Assembly (NCBI GenBank): GCA_050123275.1
Contig: JASFHK010000007.1
Location: 659 to 64,658, forward strand
Direction: 5' to 3'
Length of the DNA: 64,000 nucleotides
Source of the DNA: Dehalococcoidia bacterium
Lineage (GTDB): Bacteria > Chloroflexota > Dehalococcoidia > Dehalococcoidales > BS750m-G39
The translations under genes and the position numbers were made by a program. Shown here in pieces: positions 1 to 9,924 of this stretch (position 1 is its first letter; each line of letters begins with the position of its first letter). The notes below the pieces were generated by a model. It was not told the origin of the DNA and made no database searches. It was given only the letters and a program-made list of their open reading frames with translations.

Positions 1-300
1 CACCAGCCCTTGAAAGAGACCGTCAACTACTTTTGCCCCGGCGCCGGCGGCATGGTCTGTCCTAACTGCCGCGCCGCCCAGCCCTTCTCCTACTCGCTGT
101 CGCCGGAGGCGCAGAAGGTGTTGCGCCTACTACAAAGCAGCGACTTCGAGAGCGTAAGCCAGATGGCGCTGACGCCGGAGCTGTCGCACCAGCTGAAGGT
201 AATCATCCGCAACTACATCCGCTACCTGCTGGAAAGGGACGTCAAGTCGGCCGCCTGGCTCGACTCCCCCAAGGCGCAGGGCATCCCACCCCACCCCTGA
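1..300 (+). CDS. recO: DNA repair protein RecO, C-terminal part (5' truncated)
   Basis: YFCPGAGGMVCPNC zinc-finger half and YIRYLLERDVKSAAWL C-terminus typical of RecO; frame open from window start. Confidence 0.8.
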   Translation, partial: HQPLKETVNYFCPGAGGMVCPNCRAAQPFSYSLSPEAQKVLRLLQSSDFESVSQMALTPELSHQLKVIIRNYIRYLLERDVKSAAWLDSPKAQGIPPHP

Positions 301-370
301 CCCCGAAATCGGGCGATTTTCGGCGGGGAGCTTGGCACATTCCAGCCTTTTGCTATATACTAGGGGCAAC

Positions 371-1855
371 ATGTCATCCCGATTAGATAAAATAGCCGAG
401 CAACGCCGACAAAAGCTGGACCGGCTTCGCGGCCGCGACATCGAGCCCTATCCCTACCGCTACGAGCGCACGCATACCACCCTCCAGGCCGTCGAGCTGC
501 TGGAGAAGCAGGAAGCCAAGGGCACTGCCAAACCGAAGGCAGTCAGCGTCGCCGGGCGTCTTACCGCAATAAGGCGCATGGGCAAGAGCGCCTTCGCCGA
601 CCTTCGCGACGGCGTGGGCAAGATTCAGCTTTTGTTCCAGAACACCCATGAGCTACCCGAAGCCCAGCGGGAGCTGTTCAGCGACCTGGACATCGGCGAC
701 ATTATCGGCGTCAAAGGCAATCTAATACGCACCAAGAGCGGCGAGCCTACCGTCGGCATCAAGGACTTCACCCTGATGGCCAAGTCGTTACAGCCCCTCC
801 CCGAGAAGTGGCACGGGCTGGCCGACGTTGACAAGCGCTACCGCCAGCGCTACCTCGACCTCATCGCCAACGCCGAGACTAAAGAGACATTCCGGGCGCG
901 CAGCCGCATCATCGCCGCCATCCGCCAGTTCCTCAACGGGCGCGGCTTCATCGAGGTGGAAACCCCGGTGTTACAGCCCGCCGCCGGCGGCGCCCTGGCC
1001 AACCCCTTCACCACCCACCACCAGGCTCTTGACCAGGACTTTTACCTGCGAATTGCTCTAGAGCTGCATCTGAAGCGGCTGCTCGTCGGCGGCTTCGACA
1101 AGGTCTATGAAATCGGGCGCACCTTCCGTAACGAGGGCGTCTCTACCCAGCACAACCCCGAGTTCACCATGCTCGAAAGCTACGAGGCTTATGTCAACTA
1201 CCTCGACGTCATGGTCATGCTGGAGGAGATGGTAGCCCAGGTATGCACGGAGGTTTTGGGCACGACCAAGGCCAAGTGCGGCGAGGCCACCATCGAGTTC
1301 AAGCCCCCCTGGAAGCACCTCACCCTGCGCGACGCCGTCAAGAAATACGGCGGCATCGACTTCGTCAAGTACCCTACCGCCGACGGCCTGCGCGACCGGA
1401 TGCGCTCCCTCAAGATGGAGCCCGACCCCCAGAAGAACTGGGCCAAGCTGGTCGACCAGATTATCAAGGAACAGGTGCGGCCCAAGCTGATTCAGCCGAC
1501 GATTCTATACGATTACCCCGTCTCCATGTCCCCCCTGGCCAAGACCAAGCCCGGCGAGGAGCGCGTCGCCGAGCGCTTTCAGGCCGTGGCCGGCGGGCTG
1601 GAGATTGCCAACGCCTACAGCGAGCTCAACGACCCCATCGAGCAGCGCGAGCGCTTCGAGGAGCAGATGAAGGAGCGCGTCGGCGCCGACGAGGAGCACT
1701 GGACCATCGACGAAGACTACCTGCTGGCGCTGGAATACGGCATGCCCCCCGCCGGCGGACTGGGCATCGGCATCGACCGCCTGGTGATGGTACTCACCGA
1801 CCAGCCTTCGATAAGAGAGGTAATCCTCTTCCCCCAGATGAGGGATAAAGAATGA
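371..1855 (+). CDS. lysS: lysine--tRNA ligase (class II)
   Basis: OB-fold N-terminus, RYRQRYLDL, FRNEG, HNPEFTMLE, YGMPPAGGLGIGIDRL; ATG 371 preferred over upstream TTG. Confidence 0.97.
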   Translation: MSSRLDKIAEQRRQKLDRLRGRDIEPYPYRYERTHTTLQAVELLEKQEAKGTAKPKAVSVAGRLTAIRRMGKSAFADLRDGVGKIQLLFQNTHELPEAQRELFSDLDIGDIIGVKGNLIRTKSGEPTVGIKDFTLMAKSLQPLPEKWHGLADVDKRYRQRYLDLIANAETKETFRARSRIIAAIRQFLNGRGFIEVETPVLQPAAGGALANPFTTHHQALDQDFYLRIALELHLKRLLVGGFDKVYEIGRTFRNEGVSTQHNPEFTMLESYEAYVNYLDVMVMLEEMVAQVCTEVLGTTKAKCGEATIEFKPPWKHLTLRDAVKKYGGIDFVKYPTADGLRDRMRSLKMEPDPQKNWAKLVDQIIKEQVRPKLIQPTILYDYPVSMSPLAKTKPGEERVAERFQAVAGGLEIANAYSELNDPIEQRERFEEQMKERVGADEEHWTIDEDYLLALEYGMPPAGGLGIGIDRLVMVLTDQPSIREVILFPQMRDKE

Positions 1856-2553
1856 CCGACAACATAGACCTCCAGTGGTATAAAGAGCTGTTCGAAGGGA
1901 TGGGCATCGAATACGAAGACCTCCCCTTCACCCAGGACACGGAAAACGAAGTCCGCTGGATGACTAAAGAGTATCTACTCTACCCCGCCATGAAGATTCT
2001 CGATATCGGCTGCGGTACGGGGCGTCACGCCATCAACCTGGCCAGCAAGGGCTACCAGAACATCACCGGCATCGACCTCTCGCCTTCTATGATTGGCGCC
2101 GCCAAAAAGGCGGCTGAAGCGAAAAAGGCAACGGTTGACTTCAGGATATGCGACGCCAGAGAGCTGCCTTTCGAGAACGAATTCGACGCCGCCCTCTGCC
2201 TCTGTGAAGGCGCTTTCGGCCTGCTCGAGGATGACGACGAGAACTACAAAATATTAAAGGCCGTGCACAAAGCCTTAAAGAAAAACGGCGTATTCATTCT
2301 CACCACCCTGAATCTTTTCCGTGACGCCGAGTTCGACCCCATGACCTGCCGCGTGGCGATGGAAATGGAAATCGAACAAAAAGACGGCTCCAAAAAGATT
2401 CTCAACTGCAGCGACCGCAGCTATACCTTCCCGGAGCTGAAATGGGTACTGGAACAAATCGGCTTCGAGATAATATTAGGCGCCGACCCTTTCAGCAGAG
2501 AGCCCATCAAGCACGGGGCTATGGAGTTTATGATCGTCTCTCGAAAGCGATAA
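1852..2553 (+). CDS. class I SAM-dependent methyltransferase
   Basis: ILDIGCGTGRH motif I, GIDLS, CDARELPF; ATGA overlap with lysS. Confidence 0.88.
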   Translation: MTDNIDLQWYKELFEGMGIEYEDLPFTQDTENEVRWMTKEYLLYPAMKILDIGCGTGRHAINLASKGYQNITGIDLSPSMIGAAKKAAEAKKATVDFRICDARELPFENEFDAALCLCEGAFGLLEDDDENYKILKAVHKALKKNGVFILTTLNLFRDAEFDPMTCRVAMEMEIEQKDGSKKILNCSDRSYTFPELKWVLEQIGFEIILGADPFSREPIKHGAMEFMIVSRKR

Positions 2554-2574
2554 CGGCAAAGGGAGCTGAAAATA

Positions 2575-3150
2575 ATGTCCCTCGTGCCCGCCTTTGAAAT
2601 CGGCCTCTGGAACGCCTGGCTCTTCATGTGCGTCTTTATCCTGCAAATGCTGGCGGTGATGCTTTTGGGCGACAAGCAGACCTGGGAAAGGAGCGGCCAC
2701 CCCGCCGACATGCCCAAGAGCAAGCTGGAGAAACAGGCGGGCCTTATCGGCAACATCGTCTGGGGGCTGGCCACCATCTATTCCGTCTTCCTCCCCCTCA
2801 AGCTGGGCACGCCCTGGTTCTACATCGGCCTGCCCGTCTTTCTGGTCGGGCTGCTGCTCCTGGCCGTAGCCACCGTCAACTTCACCAACACCCCCCTGGA
2901 AAAACCGGCCACCGGCGGCGTTTATCGCTTTTCCCGCCACCCCATCTACCTGGCGATGACCATAATCTACATCGGCGTTATCGTCGCCACCGCTTCCTGG
3001 GTTTTCCTGCTGTTGAGCATCGCCAACGTCTACTGGGTGGCCGTCGAGACGCGCGTCGAGGAGAGATACTGTTTGCAGTTATACGGCGAAGCCTACCGTA
3101 AATACCTGAAGCAGACGCCGAAATGGCTCGGACTGCCCAAACCGGTATAG
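2575..3150 (+). CDS. isoprenylcysteine carboxylmethyltransferase/PEMT family membrane protein
   Basis: hydrophobic helices, GVYRFSRHPIY, EERYC..YGEAYRKY..TPKW. Confidence 0.85.
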   Translation: MSLVPAFEIGLWNAWLFMCVFILQMLAVMLLGDKQTWERSGHPADMPKSKLEKQAGLIGNIVWGLATIYSVFLPLKLGTPWFYIGLPVFLVGLLLLAVATVNFTNTPLEKPATGGVYRFSRHPIYLAMTIIYIGVIVATASWVFLLLSIANVYWVAVETRVEERYCLQLYGEAYRKYLKQTPKWLGLPKPV

Positions 3151-3172
3151 AATAAGGAGGGGGAACGGTAAG

Positions 3173-3646
3173 ATGACGGAAAACATCGACCAAATCACCT
3201 ACTGCGGCATTTACTGCGGTGAGTGCTTTCTCGGCCAGGGCAAGGTCGCCGACCTGGCCCGCGACCTTAGAAAAGAGATGAGAAAATACCGCCTGGATAA
3301 GCTGGCCCAGACTTTCTCCGAGATACCCCACTTCGCCGCCTTTAAAGACTACCCTCAGTGCTATGATGTGCTGGGGGCGCTGGTAAAGCTGCGCTGTAAG
3401 AAAACCTGCCGGAACGGCGGCGGCCCCTCCTTCTGCGAGATGAGGAAGTGCTGCCAGCAGAAAGGCATCGACGGCTGCTGGGAGTGCGAAGAGTTCGAGA
3501 CCTGTGATAAACTGGACTTCGTCAAGACCTATCACGGCGACGCCCACCTCAAGAACCTGCGCAAGCTCAAGAAAGCGGGTGTCGAGGGCTTCCTGAAAGG
3601 CAAAAAATACTGGTATTACCCACCTAAAAGGAAAAAGAATGCTTGA
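3173..3646 (+). CDS. DUF3795-like Cys-rich protein
   Basis: YCGIYCGEC, CEMRKCC..KG.DGCWEC..F..CDKL; RBS AAGGAGG. Confidence 0.75.
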   Translation: MTENIDQITYCGIYCGECFLGQGKVADLARDLRKEMRKYRLDKLAQTFSEIPHFAAFKDYPQCYDVLGALVKLRCKKTCRNGGGPSFCEMRKCCQQKGIDGCWECEEFETCDKLDFVKTYHGDAHLKNLRKLKKAGVEGFLKGKKYWYYPPKRKKNA

Positions 3647-4877
3647 CTTGAAATTTATCCGCGAAAACACCGAAACCGTACGCCAGGCGATAAAGAACAG
3701 GCAGGACAGCGCCCCGCTGGACGAAATTTTGGCTCTCGACGGCGAGCGCCGCCAGAAGCTCTTCGAGCTTGAAGAGATGCGCCACCAGCGTAAGGAGCTG
3801 GCCAAGCAGAAGGACAAGGCCGCCGAGAAGGGCCGCGAGCTGCGCGACAGCATCAAGGCGCTGGAAGAGCAGGTGCGCACCCAGGACGAGCGGATGGAAG
3901 CATTGCTCCTGCAGTTACCCAACATCCCCCACCCCACCACGCCGGTAGGCGCCAGCGAGGACGATAACGTGGTCACCCGCTCCTGGGGCGAGCCGAAGCA
4001 GTTCGACTTCAAGCCCGCGCCGCACTGGAAGCTGGGCGAGGCTCTGGACATCATCGACTTCGAGCGCGGCGTCAAGCTCTCCGGCTCCCGCTTCTACGTG
4101 CTCAAAGGCCAGGGGGCGCGCCTGCAAAGGGCGCTCATCGCCTTCATGCTCGACTTGCACACCAGAGAGCACGGATATAAGGAAATCTACCCGCCCTACA
4201 TGGTCAAGCGCGAGTGCATGGTCGGCTCGGCGCAGCTGCCCAAGTTCGAGGAAAACATTTATCACGATGTCGATGACGATTTCTGGTTCATCGGCACCGC
4301 CGAGATACCTTTGACCAACCTCCACCGCGGCGAGATTATCCCCCCCGCCACCCTGCCCATCGACTACGTGGCCTATACCGCCTGTTTCCGGCGGGAAAAG
4401 ATGTCGGCGGGCAAGGACACGCGGGGCATCAAGCGCGGCCACCAGTTCGACAAGGTGGAGCTTTACAAGTTCGTCGAACCGGAGAAGTCCGATGATGAGC
4501 TTAATAAGCTACTGGACGACGCCGAGGATGTCGCCCGAAAGCTGAAACTGCCCTACCGCATCAAGCAGCTCTGCACCGCCGATATCGGCTTCGCCTCGCA
4601 GAAATCTTTCGACATCGAGATGTGGGCGCCCGGCTGCGAGGAATGGCTGGAGGTAAGCTCCTGCTCCAACTGCGGCGACTTCCAGGCGCGCCGTACCGAT
4701 ATTCGTTACCGCCCCACCCCCGAAGACAAACCCCGCTTCGTGCATACTCTCAACGGTTCGGGCCTGGCCCTACCCCGCGTCATGATTGCCATCATGGAGA
4801 ACTACCAGCAGCCCGACGGCTCGATTTTAGTGCCGGAGGTTTTGCAGGGGTTTATGGGTGAGAAGGTTATTAAGTAA
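3639..4877 (+). CDS. serS: serine--tRNA ligase
   Basis: MLDLKFIREN, GTAEIPL, FRRE, RGHQFDKVE, EVSSCSNC, HTLNGSGLA. Confidence 0.97.
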   Translation: MLDLKFIRENTETVRQAIKNRQDSAPLDEILALDGERRQKLFELEEMRHQRKELAKQKDKAAEKGRELRDSIKALEEQVRTQDERMEALLLQLPNIPHPTTPVGASEDDNVVTRSWGEPKQFDFKPAPHWKLGEALDIIDFERGVKLSGSRFYVLKGQGARLQRALIAFMLDLHTREHGYKEIYPPYMVKRECMVGSAQLPKFEENIYHDVDDDFWFIGTAEIPLTNLHRGEIIPPATLPIDYVAYTACFRREKMSAGKDTRGIKRGHQFDKVELYKFVEPEKSDDELNKLLDDAEDVARKLKLPYRIKQLCTADIGFASQKSFDIEMWAPGCEEWLEVSSCSNCGDFQARRTDIRYRPTPEDKPRFVHTLNGSGLALPRVMIAIMENYQQPDGSILVPEVLQGFMGEKVIK

Positions 4878-4943
4878 GAGTTACTTGACGCTTTAACTCC
4901 GTGCCATAGTAAGCACTGAAAAAAACAGGCAGGAGTCAAAAAG

Positions 4944-5408
4944 ATGTCTGACCAGCGGTGTCCTAGATGTGGAGGATATCAATGGTACGACGATGTCTGT
5001 CAAAGCTGTGGATATAGACTACCCGTCCAAACCCCAAGACTACCACACCATACCTTGAGCAACCGAGATATCGAAAAACTCCATGAGCTTGTACTAAAAG
5101 AAACGCTGGGAAAAATAAAACAATCGATACCTCGCCTCTCTGATTGCAGATTATATTGTCATAAACACTCGCTCTTCTACGATTTTATACACGACCAATT
5201 TGAATGCCTGAATCCCAATTGCGAGATTTACGGCAAACCCATCCAGTTCGGCACACAAGCTTATACAACTCTAATCAATGAGATGCAACGAAACGAAATC
5301 ATAAAACCGATACGGATGAAACAATTGGAATATACGATTTACACAAATTATCTAAAGGGACTTCACATCGAAAGTGTAATCTGCTTCGAAGTTACCATTA
5401 TAGATTAG
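4944..5408 (+). CDS. hypothetical Cys-rich (zinc-ribbon-like) protein, AT-rich
   Basis: CPRC..CQSC and CHKHSLFY..FECLNPNC; RBS AGGAG; AT-rich codons. Confidence 0.5.
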   Translation: MSDQRCPRCGGYQWYDDVCQSCGYRLPVQTPRLPHHTLSNRDIEKLHELVLKETLGKIKQSIPRLSDCRLYCHKHSLFYDFIHDQFECLNPNCEIYGKPIQFGTQAYTTLINEMQRNEIIKPIRMKQLEYTIYTNYLKGLHIESVICFEVTIID

Positions 5409-5432
5409 CAAAATAGAACTTCGAATCAAACA

Positions 5433-5590
5433 GGGAGTTTAAGAGGGGCGAAGCCCCTCTTTCATAAAAAACAATTCCCCCTCTCCTTTGACACCTCGTA
5501 AGGAGAGGGGGATACAGGGGGTGAGGTTGATATAATCTGGGTCCCCTGCAAAATCGCAGATTTTGTAGGGCTGAAGTGGGTGAGGTAGAT
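5433..5590. repeat. REP-like palindromic intergenic element
   Basis: hairpins AAGAGGGGCGAAGCCCCTCTT, TCCCCCTCTCCTT..AAGGAGAGGGGGA and CCCTGCAAAATC-GCA-GATTTTGTAGGG; GGGTGAGGTwGAT occurs twice. Confidence 0.65.
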
Positions 5591-5599
5591 AAAAACCCC

Positions 5600-6355
5600 C
5601 TAAACCACGAACAAGTCCAGTCCCCCCATCATGTTCATCGTCGCCCCGGTCATGTACTTCGCCTCGTCCGAAACCAGGTAGGCGATGGCGTCGGCAATCT
5701 CCGCCGGGTTGGCGGCGCGCTTCCAGAGGAGTCGTTTGCCCAGCGTGGCGGTGGCTTCGTCCGTCAAAGGCGCGTCGGTGTCGGCCAGCCCCACGACGAC
5801 GGCGTTGCCGGTGATATTAAACCGCGCGCCTTCGATAGCCACCGTCTTGGCCAAATTAATCAGCCCCGCCTTGGAAGAGCCGTAGCTCGCCTGACCGGCG
5901 CCGCCGAGCACGCCCGCCACCGAGGAAATGTTGACCACCCGCCCCCACTTGTTGTCGCACATGTCCTTCCAGACCGCCTTGATACAATAGAAAGCGGAGT
6001 TGAGGCAGATTTTGACCTCGTTATCGAACTCCTCGACAGTGGCCTTATAGATGGGCACGAAATGCCCCATCTGGGCGGCGTTGTTGACCAGTATGCTCAC
6101 CGGCCCCAGCTCTTTTTTGACCTTGTCCAGGCCCTTTTGCACTTCTTGAGCGTCGCGGACATCGATTTTGACGGCCACGGACTTGCGGCCCAGCTTTCTT
6201 ATCTCTTCGGCCACCGCCTCCGCCCCCTCCATGTGCCCGAAGCCGTGAACGGCGACGTCGGCGCCGTCCCGCGCCAGCGCCAGGGCGGTGGACCGCCCGA
6301 TACCGTGCGGCCGCGAAGAACCGCTCACAAAAGCAACCTTACCTTCTAAAGACAT
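5600..6355 (-). CDS. SDR family oxidoreductase (FabG-like)
   Basis: SGSSRPHGIG, ILVNNA, NISS, YGSSK (YxxxK). Confidence 0.9.
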   Translation of the reverse strand: MSLEGKVAFVSGSSRPHGIGRSTALALARDGADVAVHGFGHMEGAEAVAEEIRKLGRKSVAVKIDVRDAQEVQKGLDKVKKELGPVSILVNNAAQMGHFVPIYKATVEEFDNEVKICLNSAFYCIKAVWKDMCDNKWGRVVNISSVAGVLGGAGQASYGSSKAGLINLAKTVAIEGARFNITGNAVVVGLADTDAPLTDEATATLGKRLLWKRAANPAEIADAIAYLVSDEAKYMTGATMNMMGGLDLFVV

Positions 6356-6374
6356 TTAAGTGCCTCCTTTACAT

Positions 6375-6403
6375 TTGACCCTTGTTTATGGTTTATCTAT
6401 ACT
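6375..6403 (+). promoter_or_regulatory. sigma70 promoter of tRNA-Ser
   Basis: TTGACC-N17-TATACT, 12 nt before the tRNA. Confidence 0.75.
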
Positions 6404-6415
6404 ATAGACCGTTAC

Positions 6416-6506
6416 GGAGGGGTGTCCGAGAGGCTTATGGTGACGGTCTTGAAAACCGTTGTCCTCCACAAGAGGACCGTGGGTTCGAATCCCACCCCCT
6501 CCGCCA
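6416..6506 (+). tRNA. tRNA-Ser(UGA)
   Basis: acceptor GGAGGGG/CCCCTCC, anticodon arm ACGGT-CTTGAAA-ACCGT, long variable arm, GGTTCGAATCC, G discriminator and encoded CCA. Confidence 0.97.
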
Positions 6507-6513
6507 TTTTCCC

Positions 6514-7875
6514 CTATTTTAGCAGACCCGCCATGGCGCTGACCGCCCTTTCCGGCAAGGGAAAGACGGGCACGCCGGCGCTCTCCAGAGCCTCTATCTC
6601 GGCATAGGCCGCGCCTTTGGGGGAGTCCAGGCAAACCACGATTGGCTTTTGGGCGTCACGGGCGACATCGGCCACCGCCCGCATCAGCTCCATGTTGCTG
6701 TTGTAGAAGACGGCGGCGGCGATAACGGCATCGACGCCCTCGTCGGCCAGAGCCGTGAGGAGCATCTGACGACAAGCATTAAAGTCGTCCGAGGTCCAGG
6801 CCACGTCCACCGGGTTTTCCACCGAGTTCAGCGCCGACGAAAGCTTTTTTAGCTTTCTTTGCGTCGTCGGCGAGAATTCGGCTAACTGCAAGCCGAGGTC
6901 GGCGCACTTATCGGCCATGATGACCGCCGGGCCCGCCTGCACCGAGAAAACGGCCACCCGGTTGCCCTTCGCCAGCGGCTGGAAAGACAGCGCCTTGGCC
7001 TTGTCCACCATCTCGCCGATACTGTCCACGGCAATCAGGCCCGCCTGCTTAAAGGCGGCGCGGTAGTAGTCGTAGTTACCGGCGATAGCGCCGGTGTGGG
7101 CAAAAGCGCTCTTTTGCGTCGCTTCCGCCCGCCCCGCCTTATAGACGACGACGGGCTTGCGTCTGGCGACTTTACGGGCGGCATCGAGGAACTTACGCGG
7201 CTCGTCCAGCCCCTCGATGTATAGGGCGATAACTTTAGTGTCCCTGTCCTGCCCGAAATAGCTCACCACCTCGTCGAAGTCCAGGTTGCAACGGTTGCCC
7301 AACCCCACCGCCGTGCTGATGCCCACGTTGGCGTTGGTCAGGGCGTGCGCCGCGTAGATGGTGGCGCCGCCGCTCTGCGCCGCCAGCGCCACGTTGCCCG
7401 GCTTACACAGGGAAAGCGTGTACTGGAAAGAGGCGTTGAGACTGATTTTAGGATTGACGAAGCCCAGTGTGTTGGGCCCGATGAGCTTCAGACCGCCTTT
7501 GTCGGCGACGTCTTTGATTTGAGATTGCAGGCGGGCGCCGATTCGGGTGCCCACCTCTTTGAAACCGCCGCTGATGAGGATAACCCCTTTCACTTTTTTG
7601 GCAATGCACTCCTCGACGGCGGACAGCGCCGCATCGGCGGGAATGACCACCATGGCCAGGTTCACCTCGCCGGGAATGGCGCTCAGCGAGGAGTAGGCTT
7701 TCAATCCGAAAAGCTGCGCCAGCCCCGGGTTGACCGGATAGACTTTGCCCGCATATCCCGCCTCCAGCAGGTTGCCCACGCACATATAGCCTATCTTTTC
7801 CGGGTTGGCCGAGGCGCCGACGACAGCCACGCTGCGCGGGTTGAAGATAGGCTCCAGCTGCCTTACCGAACTCAT
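6514..7875 (-). CDS. acyl-CoA synthetase (NDP-forming) alpha-type, CoA-binding protein
   Basis: IFNPRSVAVVGAS, IGPNTLG, AQSGG, GLGN, AHTGAIAG phospho-His, NPVD; no ATP-grasp domain. Confidence 0.88.
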   Translation of the reverse strand: MSSVRQLEPIFNPRSVAVVGASANPEKIGYMCVGNLLEAGYAGKVYPVNPGLAQLFGLKAYSSLSAIPGEVNLAMVVIPADAALSAVEECIAKKVKGVILISGGFKEVGTRIGARLQSQIKDVADKGGLKLIGPNTLGFVNPKISLNASFQYTLSLCKPGNVALAAQSGGATIYAAHALTNANVGISTAVGLGNRCNLDFDEVVSYFGQDRDTKVIALYIEGLDEPRKFLDAARKVARRKPVVVYKAGRAEATQKSAFAHTGAIAGNYDYYRAAFKQAGLIAVDSIGEMVDKAKALSFQPLAKGNRVAVFSVQAGPAVIMADKCADLGLQLAEFSPTTQRKLKKLSSALNSVENPVDVAWTSDDFNACRQMLLTALADEGVDAVIAAAVFYNSNMELMRAVADVARDAQKPIVVCLDSPKGAAYAEIEALESAGVPVFPLPERAVSAMAGLLK

Positions 7876-7888
7876 CAGCGATTACTCT

Positions 7889-9520
7889 CTAGTTGCTATC
7901 CAGCCAGACCTCGTTGAGCATGGCGAAACCCTGCGGGTTGAGGTTATAGCCCTTGACATAGGGCTTGACCAGCAGGTAGTGCCTGCCGAAACAGAGGGGG
8001 ATACAGGCGGCGTCGTCCACCAGCATTTGCTCGGCCTGCCGGTAGAGCTCCAAGCCCGCCTCGCTGTCGGTCTCGGCGGCGGCCTCCGCCAGCAGGGCTT
8101 CGTAATCGGGGTTGTCGTAGCCGCCGTAGTTATTCTCGGCGTCCCTGCCGAAGAGAACTTCCAGAAAGTCCTGCGGGTGCGGGTAGTCGGCCACCCAGCC
8201 CGAGTAGAACATCTCGTCCTTTTCCTCGTCGAGGTGGTAGAGGAAAATCTGGGGGTCGAGCTGCCTGACGGTGATTTCCACCCCCAGGTTATCCCGCCAC
8301 TGCACCGCCAGCGCTTCTATCTCCTCCGAAATCAGGCCTCCCCACCCCGCCGTGGTCAGCGTAATCGGGGGCAGGTTTTCCACGCTGCCGTAGCTGGAGT
8401 TGGCAATCAGCTCCAGGGCGGCGTCGACATCGTAGCCCAGCCCCGCCACGTCCGGGTTATAGCCGGGTATGCCCGGCGGCAACACGCCCTCGGCGGTCTG
8501 CATGGTGCCGGCGAAGACCAGCGAAATGAGCTTCTCCTTGTCGATGGCCAGCGAGAAAGCGCGGCGGATGTCGGGGTCGTCGAAGGGCGGCTCCTCGGCG
8601 TTGAAGCCGACGTAGTAGAAGCTCAGCTCGGGGACGATGGAAAGCTGGTCGTAGAAAGGCCCCGCCTCGTCGGTAACCCGGGGTACGTAGTCCGTGCCCG
8701 CGGTGGTGACGTCTATCTCGCCCAGCTCGTACATGTTCATGGTCACGCCGCCCCAGAGCAGGAAAACGGCGTAGTCCAGTTGCGCCACCTGGCCGTAGTA
8801 ACCGTCGTAACGCGACAGGGCGAAAACGTCGTTATCCCGCCACTCGTGCAGCTTGAAGGGTCCCGTACCGTTGGGCTGCCGCCACCACTCCCCGCCTTCG
8901 GCCACATTGTTGCTGTCGACAACGAAGGCGGTGGGATAGGTCAGCTTGGAAAGGAAGTAGGACTTGGGCGAGTCTATGGTCACCTGCAAGGTAAACTCGT
9001 CGAGCACCCGTACCCCGCTGATTTCGGTGGCGGTGCCGTCCATCACGTCCTCGGCGCCGATAATATCGTTCAGGTAGAGGCCCGCCGTCCGCGAATTCGT
9101 GGCGGGGTCACAGGCGCGCTCCCAGGAATACTTGAAGTCGTCGGCGGTCACCCGGCGCCCGTCCTGGAAGTAGACGTCCTGCCTCAGATAGAAGGTATAG
9201 ACGGTGCCGTCGGCGCTCATCTCCCATCGCTCGGCGATGTCGCCCGCCGGCTCCAGCTCGTCGCCCAGTTTGAGCAGCCCGCTGAAAATCTGGACGATAT
9301 AGCTGTGAGAAGTGGCGTCGCTGGCGACGGCGGGGTCGAGCGTCCAGGGGTCGATGCCGTAGAGGGTGAGCATGTTGGTAGCGGGCTGTGCTTCGCCGTT
9401 GCCGTTAACGTGACCGTTGCCGTCGCCGCAGCCGGCGACGTTGGCGATAAACCAGACGCCCACCACGGCCAGCACCAGCACGGCGGCGGTGGTAACGATA
9501 TATAACGCTTTCCTTTGCAT
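7889..9520 (-). CDS. peptide ABC transporter substrate-binding protein (family 5)
   Basis: TLDPA, AERWEMSADGTVYTFYLR, VTADDFKYSW, NGTGPF, WVADYPHP. Confidence 0.92.
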   Translation of the reverse strand: MQRKALYIVTTAAVLVLAVVGVWFIANVAGCGDGNGHVNGNGEAQPATNMLTLYGIDPWTLDPAVASDATSHSYIVQIFSGLLKLGDELEPAGDIAERWEMSADGTVYTFYLRQDVYFQDGRRVTADDFKYSWERACDPATNSRTAGLYLNDIIGAEDVMDGTATEISGVRVLDEFTLQVTIDSPKSYFLSKLTYPTAFVVDSNNVAEGGEWWRQPNGTGPFKLHEWRDNDVFALSRYDGYYGQVAQLDYAVFLLWGGVTMNMYELGEIDVTTAGTDYVPRVTDEAGPFYDQLSIVPELSFYYVGFNAEEPPFDDPDIRRAFSLAIDKEKLISLVFAGTMQTAEGVLPPGIPGYNPDVAGLGYDVDAALELIANSSYGSVENLPPITLTTAGWGGLISEEIEALAVQWRDNLGVEITVRQLDPQIFLYHLDEEKDEMFYSGWVADYPHPQDFLEVLFGRDAENNYGGYDNPDYEALLAEAAAETDSEAGLELYRQAEQMLVDDAACIPLCFGRHYLLVKPYVKGYNLNPQGFAMLNEVWLDSN

Positions 9521-9922
9521 CTAGACAATCCCCCAGTCGCGGTAGCCCTGCATAATGGCCGCCCGGTACGCTTCCGAGGGCGGGTTAGCTTCGGCACTGC
9601 CCTTGCGGATATAAGCCACGGCGTCGATGCGGCGCCCCAAATCGTCATTTAATATAACGTTGATTCTGTTATAGGTTGCGGGGCAGTCCTCGTATCTGTC
9701 CAGCTTTCTCATGTCCTCTTCGGATACTTCGTAAACGGCCCCGATGACCTTCTCCCCCCTGAAGGGCTGGATATTGGCGTAGCCGCCCCGCCATTTCCGC
9801 GACCAGCCCATGAAGACGAGACGGTAGTGGCTCAACGTGGCCACCTGCAGCGGCCTGGCGTTGGGGCAACGCTCCTGCATCTGCTCTTTATTCAGGTTGG
9901 AGGCATAGGCGAAGTAATTCAT
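9521..9922 (-). CDS. gamma-glutamylcyclotransferase (AIG2-like)
   Basis: YFAYASNL..QM.ERCP, LDRYE, PSEAY. Confidence 0.85.
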   Translation of the reverse strand: MNYFAYASNLNKEQMQERCPNARPLQVATLSHYRLVFMGWSRKWRGGYANIQPFRGEKVIGAVYEVSEEDMRKLDRYEDCPATYNRINVILNDDLGRRIDAVAYIRKGSAEANPPSEAYRAAIMQGYRDWGIV

Positions 9923-9924
9923 GG

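Noticed and set aside
6416-6506. tRNA-anchored island, or tRNA-Sec
   Set aside because: No integrase or duplicated tRNA 3' end seen; the anticodon is TGA (Ser), not TCA.
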